Source: Planctomycetota bacterium (GTDB lineage Bacteria > Planctomycetota > UBA1135). Taken from it: a stretch of 64,000 nucleotides of DNA. The notes beneath the pieces were generated by a model. The model made no database searches and had not been told where the DNA came from. It was given only the letters and a program-made list of their open reading frames with translations. Positions within the stretch are counted from its first letter, which is position 1. Each line of letters starts with the position of its first letter. Positions 26,123-35,783 of the stretch are shown in pieces. Both the position numbers and the translations under genes were made by a program. The stretch is from NCBI GenBank assembly GCA_026421205.1, contig JAPKBM010000001.1, positions 1,893 through 65,892 on the forward strand. The letters are read 5' to 3'.

Positions 26123-27583
26123 ATGCGCGCCCTCTCCGCACTCACGCCAATACTGAAAGCGATGCTCCTAGGCACGACGGGGGCTGGGGTGTTGCTTGTG
26201 GCTTTGTGGATAGGGAATCCGATGGACAAGGTGTTCTTTTTGCTTTGTGCCCTGGGGATTGGGCTGGCAAATGTTGCCAATTTTGAACGCGGCTGTTTTC
26301 TTGCGCTTGGCGGAATTCTCCCCTTTCTAGTTACGATTCACCTCACCGAAACAGGAATCAACAAAGCGCGATCTCACGCGTCTCAAGGTTTCATTATTAC
26401 CGCTACGGAAATGGTCATGATGATTCTCATTTTCATGTGGGGAAAGCGTGTTGTTTTTCAAAATACCCCAGTTCGCCTCTTCCCAAGAATTTCCTTACCC
26501 TGGCTACTCTTAACTTTCCCAGCACTTTGGGCGGCCATCAGAACGATTGATGACCCCAATGTTGGCATCTGGATGATGTATCAACTGCTCTTAGGGTTTT
26601 TGTTTTTCCTTTATATCGTCAACAATCCACGTCCGAAAAAAGACTACATCCTCTTTGCGTGGATTATTTGTGGAACACTGGTCTTTCAATCATTCCTCGG
26701 TCACATGCAAGCCATGTTTAAAACAAACCTTGGGCTTGAATTTCTTGGCGCTTCCATGTCTCGCGTAGAAGTCCTGAAAGGCTCCATTGAGATCTCTCGC
26801 ATGTCGGGAACCTTGGCGAACGCTAACCGATTTGCTGGATTTATGACCCTCTTCATGGCTTTTCCATTAGCCCTCTTTAGTGCAAAAAATATCCATCCTC
26901 AAAAGAGACTGGTCCTGCTCATAGTTCTATTCGCAGCGGGCATGGCCCTCTTAGGCTCCAAATCGCGTGGAACGTGGCTGTCCGCTGGGCTCGTTTACGG
27001 CATAGTCATTTATATTATTCTTCGCACAAGGATGCGGGCTTCTCGCACTTCCCTTGCCTACACCTGGGCGGTCCTCCTCCTTCTCGTCGGAGTTCTTTCC
27101 GCCCCTGGGGTGCTTCAGCGCCTGACGATCACGGACTCAGGATCCGTCGATGCGCGGGGGTACATGAACCAGATTGCCATAAACCTCATCCAAGACAACC
27201 CTTGGACTGGGGTCGGTTTTGACAATTACACGCATTTCTTTTCCGCCTATGATGACACCGACATTCGCCACTCCGACAAATTCCCTTTTATTGTCCACCA
27301 TGGCTATCTCTACACGGCAGCGGAGTACGGCATTCCTGCACTTCTTCTGCTTCTCTTGATTTGGTACCGTGTATTTCGATATTCCTTTCGACTGAAACCG
27401 CGAAGCCTTGAACCCATTGAACTTATGGCTTGGCTCCTGCCCTTCACTTTTTTTGGAAGGGCCATTCAAACAATATTTTACATCTCAAATCCGATGTGCC
27501 ACGTACCGATTTGGTTCGTAATGGGGCTAATGGTCGTTCTCCGCGAGAGTGCAGACAAAGAGTATGAAGAGCTTCTCACATGA
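26123..27583 (+). CDS. O-antigen ligase / Wzy-like polymerase family membrane protein
   Basis: Polytopic. LGSKSRGTWLSAGL (Wzy_C-type loop motif) and HHGYLYTAAEYGIPALLLL. Confidence 0.8.
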   Translation: MRALSALTPILKAMLLGTTGAGVLLVALWIGNPMDKVFFLLCALGIGLANVANFERGCFLALGGILPFLVTIHLTETGINKARSHASQGFIITATEMVMMILIFMWGKRVVFQNTPVRLFPRISLPWLLLTFPALWAAIRTIDDPNVGIWMMYQLLLGFLFFLYIVNNPRPKKDYILFAWIICGTLVFQSFLGHMQAMFKTNLGLEFLGASMSRVEVLKGSIEISRMSGTLANANRFAGFMTLFMAFPLALFSAKNIHPQKRLVLLIVLFAAGMALLGSKSRGTWLSAGLVYGIVIYIILRTRMRASRTSLAYTWAVLLLLVGVLSAPGVLQRLTITDSGSVDARGYMNQIAINLIQDNPWTGVGFDNYTHFFSAYDDTDIRHSDKFPFIVHHGYLYTAAEYGIPALLLLLLIWYRVFRYSFRLKPRSLEPIELMAWLLPFTFFGRAIQTIFYISNPMCHVPIWFVMGLMVVLRESADKEYEELLT

Positions 27584-28770
27584 CCCGGGTTCCCATTCTT
27601 AATTTTCACAGCGTCGGGGATGACGTCCTTCCGTTTGACCTCCGCCATCTCAGCACACACCCCAAAGTCCTAGAGAAATCTTTACAGTGGTTGAATCGCC
27701 ATGACTTCACCACCATTTCTCTAGAACACCTCTTTTCCCATCTTCAAGAGGGTAGCCCCGTCCCAGACCGTTCCCTGGTTCTTGCTTTCGACGACGGTTA
27801 TCTGGACAACTGGTGCTTCGTTCATCCTCTCTTAAAAAAGTATGGGCACCAAGGTTTTATTCTTGTCACTCCGGAGTTCGTGCCGAACGAAACTGAAGTA
27901 CGCCCAACAATCGAAGACGTTTGGCAAGGGAATCTTTCCCCGGAAAATCTACCCAAGCGCGGCTACTGCAACTGGGAAGAACTTCGGGCGATGCATGAGG
28001 CGGGAACGCTCAAAACCTACTCGCACTCCATGACACACACGTGGTGGCCGACATCCTCCAAAGTCGTTGATTTTCACCGCCCAAATGCACCCTGGATTCC
28101 AGGGATTTGGAATGAGAATCCTATCCATGAAAAACCGTATTGGATGACAGAATCTTCTGCAGAAATTGCGCGGAAACTCCCATGGGGCGCCCCTGTTTTT
28201 GAAAACGCACGATCTCAATGCGCGCCAAGAGTTTTTCCACCGGCACTCAGTAACCATCCAATGGTGGAATATGTTCGAAAACACGGGGGCGAAGATTTTT
28301 TCAAGAAGCCCGGTTGGAAAGAGCGGCTTCTCAGCACCCAAACGGCGCCGGCGGAATCCGTTCCGCGGGAATCCCAAGAAGACTATGAAACTCGACTCCG
28401 CTTTGAGTTTGGAGAATCAAGGCGCATCATTGAGCAGGAAATCCCTGGTCACACTTGCTCATTCTTTGCATGGCCTGGCGGAGAATGGAATGAAACTGCG
28501 CAAAAAATTGCGCTCGAATTTTATGACGCCACGCTAACCACACAGCATCATGTCACGATTTCAGGCGAAGACCCTCAATTGATTCATCGCCTTTTCTTCG
28601 GACAACGAAGCCACGAACTGACTGGTCTCATTTGGCCGTCCGTCTGGAAATTTACAGCCCGACTTCTCCAACATGGAGGACATTCCAAAGCAAGGATTCG
28701 CAACTGGATTGCTAATCGTGCGATAGGATTAGGAAAGTGTTTTCTTAAAGGAAACCGAAACTACCGATGA
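27580..28770 (+). CDS. Polysaccharide deacetylase (NodB homology domain) family protein
   Basis: ILNFHSVG, LVLAFDDGYLDNW (motif 1), YSHSMTHTW (H-x-x-x-H motif 2), FFAWPGGEW. ATGA overlaps at both ends. Confidence 0.75.
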   Translation: MTRVPILNFHSVGDDVLPFDLRHLSTHPKVLEKSLQWLNRHDFTTISLEHLFSHLQEGSPVPDRSLVLAFDDGYLDNWCFVHPLLKKYGHQGFILVTPEFVPNETEVRPTIEDVWQGNLSPENLPKRGYCNWEELRAMHEAGTLKTYSHSMTHTWWPTSSKVVDFHRPNAPWIPGIWNENPIHEKPYWMTESSAEIARKLPWGAPVFENARSQCAPRVFPPALSNHPMVEYVRKHGGEDFFKKPGWKERLLSTQTAPAESVPRESQEDYETRLRFEFGESRRIIEQEIPGHTCSFFAWPGGEWNETAQKIALEFYDATLTTQHHVTISGEDPQLIHRLFFGQRSHELTGLIWPSVWKFTARLLQHGGHSKARIRNWIANRAIGLGKCFLKGNRNYR

Positions 28771-29942
28771 AAATTCTCCAGGTGATTCCCGACCTCCGCG
28801 TTGGCGGTGCGGAACGAGTTGCCATTAACCTTTGCCAGGGATTTGTCGATAAAGGCCACCAAGTCCTCTTGGTTTCTATAAAATCCGGAGGCCCACAGGA
28901 AAAAATACTTCCCCAAAGTGATTTATTCTCACTCCAAATCCTAGGACTCCAACGCAGTTCTATTCTGCGCCCCCTTCATTTCTTTCGCGATTCTCGAAAG
29001 CTTCAACATAAATTATCTTCGGTCCTTCGGTCGTTTCAACCCGACGTCGTGCAAACCCATATCCCTGAAGATGACCTCTACTTATCTCGCGCTTGTGAGA
29101 AAACTGGAATTGGGGCTCATATCCCCATCGTTCACTCCCTCCAGTTTCATCTTCATCGTAAATCGCTTGACCTGCGCAGCCGACTTCGGCTTCGGCTCTT
29201 CAAAAGAGCCCTTCAAAGAGCAACGACCGTTTTAGCCGTAAGCGGTGCCGTAAAAGAAAAAGTCTTAGAACTTACCCAGCTCCCGGATTCTTCCGTCCAG
29301 GTTCTCCATAACGGGGTTGACCTCCGTCCTTTTCAAAATCTCGCAAAGAAAGACGAGGTCCGAAAGTCGCTTGGCCTGCCCTTAAACCGACCGATTATTT
29401 TTGGCGTTGGCCGATTTCATCCGGCTAAAAACTACCCCATGTTTGTTCGGGCATCGGCGCTCGTCCACGAAACACACCCCGACGCCCTCTTCGTTTTGGT
29501 TGGTGATGGGGAAGAAAGAGCTCCCATTGAAGCGGCCATTCACAAGACCAAGATGAAAGAGCATTGGCGCCTCCTTGGGCAGCGGGGGGATGTCCCGCAA
29601 TGTCTCAAAATCGCAGATCTCTTTGTGCAATCCTCAGACTGGGAAGGTTTCCCCGTGGCGGTCATTGAAGCCATGGCTGCCAAACTCCCCGTCATTGCCA
29701 CAGAAGTTGCGGGCGTCGGCGAGGTGATTCAGCATCAGAAAAATGGCTGGTTGATTCCTCCCGGAAATGAGCATGAATTGGCCGACGCCATCCGCCATTT
29801 GCTGGACCATCCGCAAGAAGCACAGGAATTGGCGAAGCAAGCAGAGAAACTTGCTTGGGAACACTACAATTTGGAGGCTTGGACTCGGCGCGCCGAATCC
29901 ATTTTGCAAAGAGCCTTGCGCTCTCCGGCTCCCTCCCCATGA
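28767..29942 (+). CDS. Glycosyltransferase family 4 (GT-B)
   Basis: MKILQVIPDLRVGGAERVAINL and the E-x7-E region EGFPVAVIEAMAAKLPVIATEVAGVGEVIQHQKNGWLIPPGN. Confidence 0.9.
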   Translation: MKILQVIPDLRVGGAERVAINLCQGFVDKGHQVLLVSIKSGGPQEKILPQSDLFSLQILGLQRSSILRPLHFFRDSRKLQHKLSSVLRSFQPDVVQTHIPEDDLYLSRACEKTGIGAHIPIVHSLQFHLHRKSLDLRSRLRLRLFKRALQRATTVLAVSGAVKEKVLELTQLPDSSVQVLHNGVDLRPFQNLAKKDEVRKSLGLPLNRPIIFGVGRFHPAKNYPMFVRASALVHETHPDALFVLVGDGEERAPIEAAIHKTKMKEHWRLLGQRGDVPQCLKIADLFVQSSDWEGFPVAVIEAMAAKLPVIATEVAGVGEVIQHQKNGWLIPPGNEHELADAIRHLLDHPQEAQELAKQAEKLAWEHYNLEAWTRRAESILQRALRSPAPSP

Positions 29943-31891
29943 GAACCCGCACCCTTCACGCCTGCTTCTTCGCCTTTGCCTTCGGCGCCATTTTGGCCGG
30001 AGTGGAAAGCTTGGTCGTTCTCCAAACTACGGGCCTAGCTTCCCTGTTCCCCTTTGTCGAAATTTGGGAAGTCCAATGGCGCTATGGAATCGTCAGCATT
30101 CTCTTTCTTCCCATTGCCTGGGGGCTGGCCAAACTCCTTCGACTTCGACAAGAATCCCCCTTCCAAACTGCAACTTGGGTTTTCCTCGGCCTCTCTTGGT
30201 TGATTGGCAATTGGTGGGTGCACTCCGAACTTTTGCGGAATGTTTCCAAGTGGGAGCCAACCTCTTTGGCGTGGTGGTTTGGAACCACGCTCACGGTGCT
30301 CTTCGGGCACCGCCTCCTCTGCCGGCTAGAGAAACATCGCCCTCTCTTCACCTTAGTCGCCATCGGGCTTTTTCTACCGACGCTTGGGCAAGTGGTCTAC
30401 GCGCCTTCGGCAAAGGAAACGACAGCCATCACGGCCAGCCCCACGGCGCCTGATGTCACGATCGTTGTCATTGATACTCTCCGCGCAGACCACTTAGGTT
30501 GCTATGGCTACCAAAGAGCGGATGGGGAAGAAACATCTCCTTTCATGGATTCCCTTGCTCAACGCGGGGCTTTGTTCGAAGACTGTTGGGCCCAAGCCCC
30601 GTGGACCCGCCCCAGTATGGCTAGTTTGCATTCGGGCCTTTACGGCTCTGCACACCAAGTCAATGACACCTTCAGCCGACTTCCCCAAGAAGCCATCACC
30701 ATGGCGGAACTTTTTCAAAACCAGGGCTACCGAACGGCGGCCTTTTCCGCCAATGAAAACGTCTCACCCGTATTTGGTTTCGATCAAGGCTTCGACCACT
30801 TTTGGAATACCGGTTCCCGTCCACTGATTACTTTCACAACTTGGGGAGACTGGAAACACAAACTCTATAATAAAATATTACGTCGAGCCATGTTTGATGG
30901 CGGAGATTGGGCCGCTCTCGTGAACCAACAGGTTTTTGCTTGGCTCACCGAAGAAAGCAAAAAGCCGACGTTTACCTATGTGCACTACATTGATCCGCAC
31001 ACGCCCTATGACCCACCTCAAAATGGTTATGCATTTGCCGGGGATCGCCCTGACCTTGCCCCTGTTTTAGAAACGGCCAAAACATTCCAACATGCGCGGA
31101 CCTATCCCTTTGGCGCACGAGACACGTTGTCCGACGACCTCCTAGGCCGCGTCATCAAACTTTACGATGCGGAAATTCGCTACGTAGATGGTCAATTGGA
31201 GCAATTGGTTGCGCAATTAAAATCTTCCGGAAACTTGGAGCCCCATGACTGGCTCTTCGTCATGTCCGACCATGGCGAAGAATTCCAAGAGCATCAGCAA
31301 TGGGGCCATGGACAGTCCTTATTTCAGGAACAACTCCACGTCCCACTTCTTGTACTTGGCCCCCAAGCAACCCCGGGGCACCGCATCAAAAATCCGGTCA
31401 ACCTCATTGATGTCCACGCCACCTTAGTCGGTATTTCTGGACTCAAGCAGACCCTTGCCAACTCTCCGGCCATTCCCCTGCAACCCTTGCTTCTTAAGTC
31501 ACCCTCTGCGCTCATTCGCGCTCAATATGCGGAACGACTCCAAGAAGGAAGAGCGCTCCACGCGGTTCGCAAGGGAATGCGCAAGCTCATCGATATGCCG
31601 GACCTTGAAGAAGAGGGAAACCGCTTCCGCATGTACTTTGACCTTACTCAAAATCCCCAGGAACAACTTACGGTGAAAGCCCCAAACTGGCGGGAAGGAG
31701 AAGAGTTGGACCGTCAAGATTCGGCCTTCCAAGCCCCCTTAGACCTCCTTCAACTTCTCGAAACTACTCTGAAATCTGCAATCCGCACGGCTCTCGGCGA
31801 GGAAACGGCTGAAGCCGACGCAGAAACGCAACGAAAACTTGCCGAACTCGGGTACATCGGCGACGACGGCAAACTTCAACTCGGAAACTAA
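29939..31891 (+). CDS. Membrane-anchored alkaline-phosphatase-superfamily 'sulfatase-like' protein (tandem copy 1)
   Basis: The ATG at 29939 overlaps the GT4 TGA (ATGA). About 190 aa of TM region. VTIVVIDTLRADHLGCYGY, APWTRPSMASLHSG (Thr), MSDHGEEFQEHQQWGHGQS. C-terminus KLAELGYIGDDGKLQLGN. Confidence 0.85.
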   Translation: MRTRTLHACFFAFAFGAILAGVESLVVLQTTGLASLFPFVEIWEVQWRYGIVSILFLPIAWGLAKLLRLRQESPFQTATWVFLGLSWLIGNWWVHSELLRNVSKWEPTSLAWWFGTTLTVLFGHRLLCRLEKHRPLFTLVAIGLFLPTLGQVVYAPSAKETTAITASPTAPDVTIVVIDTLRADHLGCYGYQRADGEETSPFMDSLAQRGALFEDCWAQAPWTRPSMASLHSGLYGSAHQVNDTFSRLPQEAITMAELFQNQGYRTAAFSANENVSPVFGFDQGFDHFWNTGSRPLITFTTWGDWKHKLYNKILRRAMFDGGDWAALVNQQVFAWLTEESKKPTFTYVHYIDPHTPYDPPQNGYAFAGDRPDLAPVLETAKTFQHARTYPFGARDTLSDDLLGRVIKLYDAEIRYVDGQLEQLVAQLKSSGNLEPHDWLFVMSDHGEEFQEHQQWGHGQSLFQEQLHVPLLVLGPQATPGHRIKNPVNLIDVHATLVGISGLKQTLANSPAIPLQPLLLKSPSALIRAQYAERLQEGRALHAVRKGMRKLIDMPDLEEEGNRFRMYFDLTQNPQEQLTVKAPNWREGEELDRQDSAFQAPLDLLQLLETTLKSAIRTALGEETAEADAETQRKLAELGYIGDDGKLQLGN

Positions 31892-33780
31892 TGCGCACAC
31901 TTTCCTACGCTTTCTTACTTGGCGTCATCCTTGCTGGGCTCGATACGGCAGCTCTTTTCCTCTACGACGGGAACATTCGTTTTCTGGACCCCTTCCATGA
32001 GATGTTAGCTCTTTATTGGAGGCACGGCGTTGCGGCCATGGTCCTCACCCTTGCTGTGCGCTTTCTCCGTCCGCAATGGAGCGGAAAAGCGTGGGCTGTC
32101 GGAGGATCCACGCTTCTATTTTTCACACTGAGTTTTCTATGGGTTCATAGCCGATTGATCACAGGGGTTCGTCTTTGGGAACCTGTTTCCCTCCTTGCCT
32201 CCGTTGGCCTCCTCATTGCAGCTTGGGGATGGTTCCGCCTTTGGACTCGCCTTGGAAGCGCGCACTTCGGAAATCCCTTCGCCCTCTTTTTCTGCCTCGC
32301 CTTCTTTTCCACTTGGATTCTCCAACGAGAAGTTGAAACCAATCTACCGGAAGTTCCCGTTGCTCAACAAGGACTTCCCGATATCACCGTTGTCGTCTTT
32401 GACACCCTTCGTGCCGACCGCCTCTCCTGCTACGGCTACGAGCGGCCTACTTCTCCCAACATCGACAAAATTGCTGAAGAATCTGTCCGATTTGATCAGG
32501 CTTTTGCCGTTGCCCCCTGGACCCGGCCCTCAGTGGCATCGCTCTTCACCGGCCTCCATCCCACCAGTCACGGAGCCTTTGAGCCCACACGCTCTTTGCC
32601 AACTTGGGCCACCACCATTGCCGAAGTCTTGCATGCACAGGGCTATCAAACTGGTGGCTTCTCCGCAAACGCCAACATCTCCGCGGTTTTTGGATTTGCC
32701 CAAGGCTTTGATTATTTTTGGTGTTTGGACGACAAAGAACTCGTCGATATTTCGACTTGGGGAGAGATCACCTTTCGTCTCCGCCGCCTTGCCCTTGCCA
32801 TGTATGAAACAGCCGACGACGCCCGATTGGTCAATGCCCAAGTTTTGCCATGGATTCAGTCCGTGGATAAAGATCGGCCAACGTACACCTATGTTCAATA
32901 TTTAGACCCGCACTTCCCCTACAACCCTCCCGTTGACTATCTCAACGAAGACAAGCCAAGTTATGATGCATTGTTAGCCGCAACGGACAATGTGAAAATT
33001 CGGCCAGAGCCTTTTCCTTTCGGAGACCGACCTCCCCCTTCCGCCGAAGTTTCAGAAGGATTCGCAAAACTCTACGATGCAGAAATTCGCTTCCTAGACC
33101 ATGAATTTCAAAACCTCCTCGATCAACTTGAGGTCCAGGGATTGCTCGATGAAAATGACTGGCTCATCCTCACCTCTGACCACGGCGAGGAGTTTTTTGA
33201 ACATGAACAATGGGGCCATGGACAAAACCTCTACGACGAAGTCATCCGGATCCCTCTCATTATCAAAGGCCCTGACGCACGCCAAGGCCTGACCGTCCAT
33301 AGCCCCGTAAGCTTGGTTGATTTACTCCCGACCCTTTGTGGCATTGCTGGTGCGGCCACTCCCGATTGCGTTGGGCAGCCACTTCAAAATCTTCTCTTGG
33401 ATCGCCCCGATGCACGACCCAGAAGGATTTATTCTGAAAAACTCCGGAAGCCTCAACAGTATTCCATGCAAGTGGAGCAACAAAAACTAACCGAGGTTTT
33501 CGAAAGTTCCGAGGGCCAATTCTTTCCCCTGTTTTATGACCTCACGACAGATTCGGCCCAACAAATTCCCTTTGTTGCCCCTCATCAATTGACGGCCGAT
33601 GTGCTCTCCACCGTTTCGCTTCAAGTAATCCCAGGAGAGTTCGTGGAAGCCATGAAAAATCTCCGGGATCTCCTGCAAGCCTCTCGCCTCATGGCGGAAT
33701 CCAAGAACCAGGGCGTGACGGACACGGAGTTGAGTGCGGATCAACTTGCCCGCTTAACGGAGTTAGGCTACATTCAGTAA
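31891..33780 (+). CDS. Membrane-anchored alkaline-phosphatase-superfamily 'sulfatase-like' protein (tandem copy 2)
   Basis: TAATG junction. About 160 aa of TM region. ITVVVFDTLRADRLSCYGY, APWTRPSVASLFTG (Thr), TSDHGEEFFEHEQWGHGQN. C-terminus RLTELGYIQ. Confidence 0.85.
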   Translation: MRTLSYAFLLGVILAGLDTAALFLYDGNIRFLDPFHEMLALYWRHGVAAMVLTLAVRFLRPQWSGKAWAVGGSTLLFFTLSFLWVHSRLITGVRLWEPVSLLASVGLLIAAWGWFRLWTRLGSAHFGNPFALFFCLAFFSTWILQREVETNLPEVPVAQQGLPDITVVVFDTLRADRLSCYGYERPTSPNIDKIAEESVRFDQAFAVAPWTRPSVASLFTGLHPTSHGAFEPTRSLPTWATTIAEVLHAQGYQTGGFSANANISAVFGFAQGFDYFWCLDDKELVDISTWGEITFRLRRLALAMYETADDARLVNAQVLPWIQSVDKDRPTYTYVQYLDPHFPYNPPVDYLNEDKPSYDALLAATDNVKIRPEPFPFGDRPPPSAEVSEGFAKLYDAEIRFLDHEFQNLLDQLEVQGLLDENDWLILTSDHGEEFFEHEQWGHGQNLYDEVIRIPLIIKGPDARQGLTVHSPVSLVDLLPTLCGIAGAATPDCVGQPLQNLLLDRPDARPRRIYSEKLRKPQQYSMQVEQQKLTEVFESSEGQFFPLFYDLTTDSAQQIPFVAPHQLTADVLSTVSLQVIPGEFVEAMKNLRDLLQASRLMAESKNQGVTDTELSADQLARLTELGYIQ

Positions 33781-34853
33781 CGACAAAGGCTTTCCTGAAT
33801 CGTCACCACTTGCTGAACAATCTGATCAAGATCAAAATGATCTTCTAGGTGTGCTTTCCCGGCATTCCCCATTTGAGTGCGTAATCCAGCGCTTGAGGCC
33901 AGTTGGTCCAAAACAGATGCCAGCTTAGAAACATCGCCGGGCTCCACGAGAAATCCTGTCTTGCCTTCCAAAACAGCCTCGGCAATTCCTCCTACGGGAG
34001 TTGACACAACAGGAAGTCCCGCGGACATGCTCTCAAGAACAGAGCCGGGTAGCCCCTCGTTATAAGAGGGCAAACAATAGATATCTGTTTTCTCCCAAAT
34101 GGCATCTTGCGCGGCGCCTGAAACCCACCCAGGGATTTCCACCACACCTTCCAGTTTCATTTCCTTCACCATGCCACGCGCTTTTTCCAATTCCCCATCT
34201 CCCGGCAAACAAAGCCGCAAATGAGGGTGACGCTTCACTAAACCTTGAAACGCTTGCAGTAAATCCCATGTTCCCTTTCGTTGGCCAACGCGCCCCATCA
34301 ATGTAATCGTGCAAAGTTCACGCCCTTCGCGGCTGACCGGCTTTCTCTTTGGAGCTGTATTCAGAACAATTTCAATGCGTGGTTCACGCTTGCAGATGCT
34401 CTTAAGCCAGTCCTCCCATTGCCTTGAAAGCAACATGGACACGTCAGCGTGCTCAAACATTTTCCGCATGAGCCAACGTCGGCAGGCGCCCCCATCTGCG
34501 TAATAATCTTTCGTGTTTGAACCGTGCAAATGCACAATAACGGGCTTCCGGCAAAGCTTCGACCACCAAAAGGGGAACTGCTTCCGCCAAAAACTTCCCT
34601 GCATTGCAAGATGCAAATGAACAACATCTGTCTTTGGCGTCCGACCCATGAGAGCCAAATAGGAGCGCAAAGCCTCAAAAAGTTTCCGGAATTTCTGGCC
34701 AGGGACCTGAGAATCATTGGTGGACAAGTAGCAAAAATCTACCTGCTGGTCATATCCAGCGCCTAACCAATTCTTAACTACCGTGGCAATCCCAGTGGTT
34801 GTCGACAATCCCAAGCCCATCATGGTGACTCGCGGTTTCTTTGACGAACTCAT
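33774..34853 (-). CDS. Glycosyltransferase family 4 (GT-B)
   Basis: EGLPGSVLESMSAGLPVVSTPVGGIAEAVLEGKTGFLVEPGD. 4-nt overlap with the upstream sulfotransferase gene. Confidence 0.9.
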   Translation of the reverse strand: MSSSKKPRVTMMGLGLSTTTGIATVVKNWLGAGYDQQVDFCYLSTNDSQVPGQKFRKLFEALRSYLALMGRTPKTDVVHLHLAMQGSFWRKQFPFWWSKLCRKPVIVHLHGSNTKDYYADGGACRRWLMRKMFEHADVSMLLSRQWEDWLKSICKREPRIEIVLNTAPKRKPVSREGRELCTITLMGRVGQRKGTWDLLQAFQGLVKRHPHLRLCLPGDGELEKARGMVKEMKLEGVVEIPGWVSGAAQDAIWEKTDIYCLPSYNEGLPGSVLESMSAGLPVVSTPVGGIAEAVLEGKTGFLVEPGDVSKLASVLDQLASSAGLRTQMGNAGKAHLEDHFDLDQIVQQVVTIQESLCRY

Positions 34854-35764
34854 TGTGTCAAAAACCCATGTTGTTCGAGCTCATTCCCGATGGTCTTCAT
34901 CAACAATTTTTCTTGCTTCATGCTTAAATCCTCCTTCCACTTCACATCAGCATTATGCACCTTCATTTTCCTTATTCTCTTTTGAAATTTTGAGCGATGC
35001 GGCAAACCAGTGTAATCAAGAATCATCTTCATTACCCCCTCTGGATCTGCAGAAAATTGTGCGTAATTCACTTCTATCTGCTGGTCCTTTGGCACACGAA
35101 CAAGAGCAGTATCAATATGCTTAATCAAAGTCTTCCATAAGATACCCGCAAGCACAATGGGCTCTCGCCCAGACGACTCAAACTCATCCTTGTACGCTGG
35201 CTCCATAGGGCCCCAATGCCAGCACCCTTCTACGGTGCCGTCCCAGAAAGGAACATTCATGTAAGAGTTGGCGACGGCACGACCGTCTCGGGCGACATGT
35301 ATAAACTTTGCGTCCGGGAAAATACGGCCGAAGTAATCTGTCCGAGGAAAACCCGTGTGCTTATTCAAAAACCTTGGCTTGCCGTGCCAGCGCAAATGCG
35401 CCTTCACGGCCTTTCGCCAATAACGTACTTGGTTTTCGTCGGCATCCATCGCTTCCAAGGGACGAGGTTGATTGAACACACCTCTCGAGAGTGTGCAATA
35501 AAGGTCGTTTGCCTCTCTGGGTTTAGGCCGAAACCTCGAGTGGTACGGCAAGGCATCTCCCAAAACAGGGCAGTCTCTTATCCGTGAAAGTGCAGCAAGT
35601 GGGTAAAAGGCCTCTTTTTTGGCATAATGCGTAAAATTTGAAAACCAAGCCAGGTCCGGATGTTCCCCCAGCATCTCCAAAAAAATAGTGGTGCCTCCCC
35701 GCCCTGTTCCCAAAATCATAATGGGCCGGTCTATGCAAGGGTCTGGAGGGAGAGAAGAATCCAA
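34850..35764 (-). CDS. Sulfotransferase family protein (PAPS-dependent type)
   Basis: 5'-PSB-like loop IMILGTGRGGTTIFLEMLG. 3'-PB-like FIHVARDGRAVANS. Confidence 0.7.
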   Translation of the reverse strand: MDSSLPPDPCIDRPIMILGTGRGGTTIFLEMLGEHPDLAWFSNFTHYAKKEAFYPLAALSRIRDCPVLGDALPYHSRFRPKPREANDLYCTLSRGVFNQPRPLEAMDADENQVRYWRKAVKAHLRWHGKPRFLNKHTGFPRTDYFGRIFPDAKFIHVARDGRAVANSYMNVPFWDGTVEGCWHWGPMEPAYKDEFESSGREPIVLAGILWKTLIKHIDTALVRVPKDQQIEVNYAQFSADPEGVMKMILDYTGLPHRSKFQKRIRKMKVHNADVKWKEDLSMKQEKLLMKTIGNELEQHGFLTQ

Positions 35765-35783
35765 AACGAGTGTGAAGTTTACC

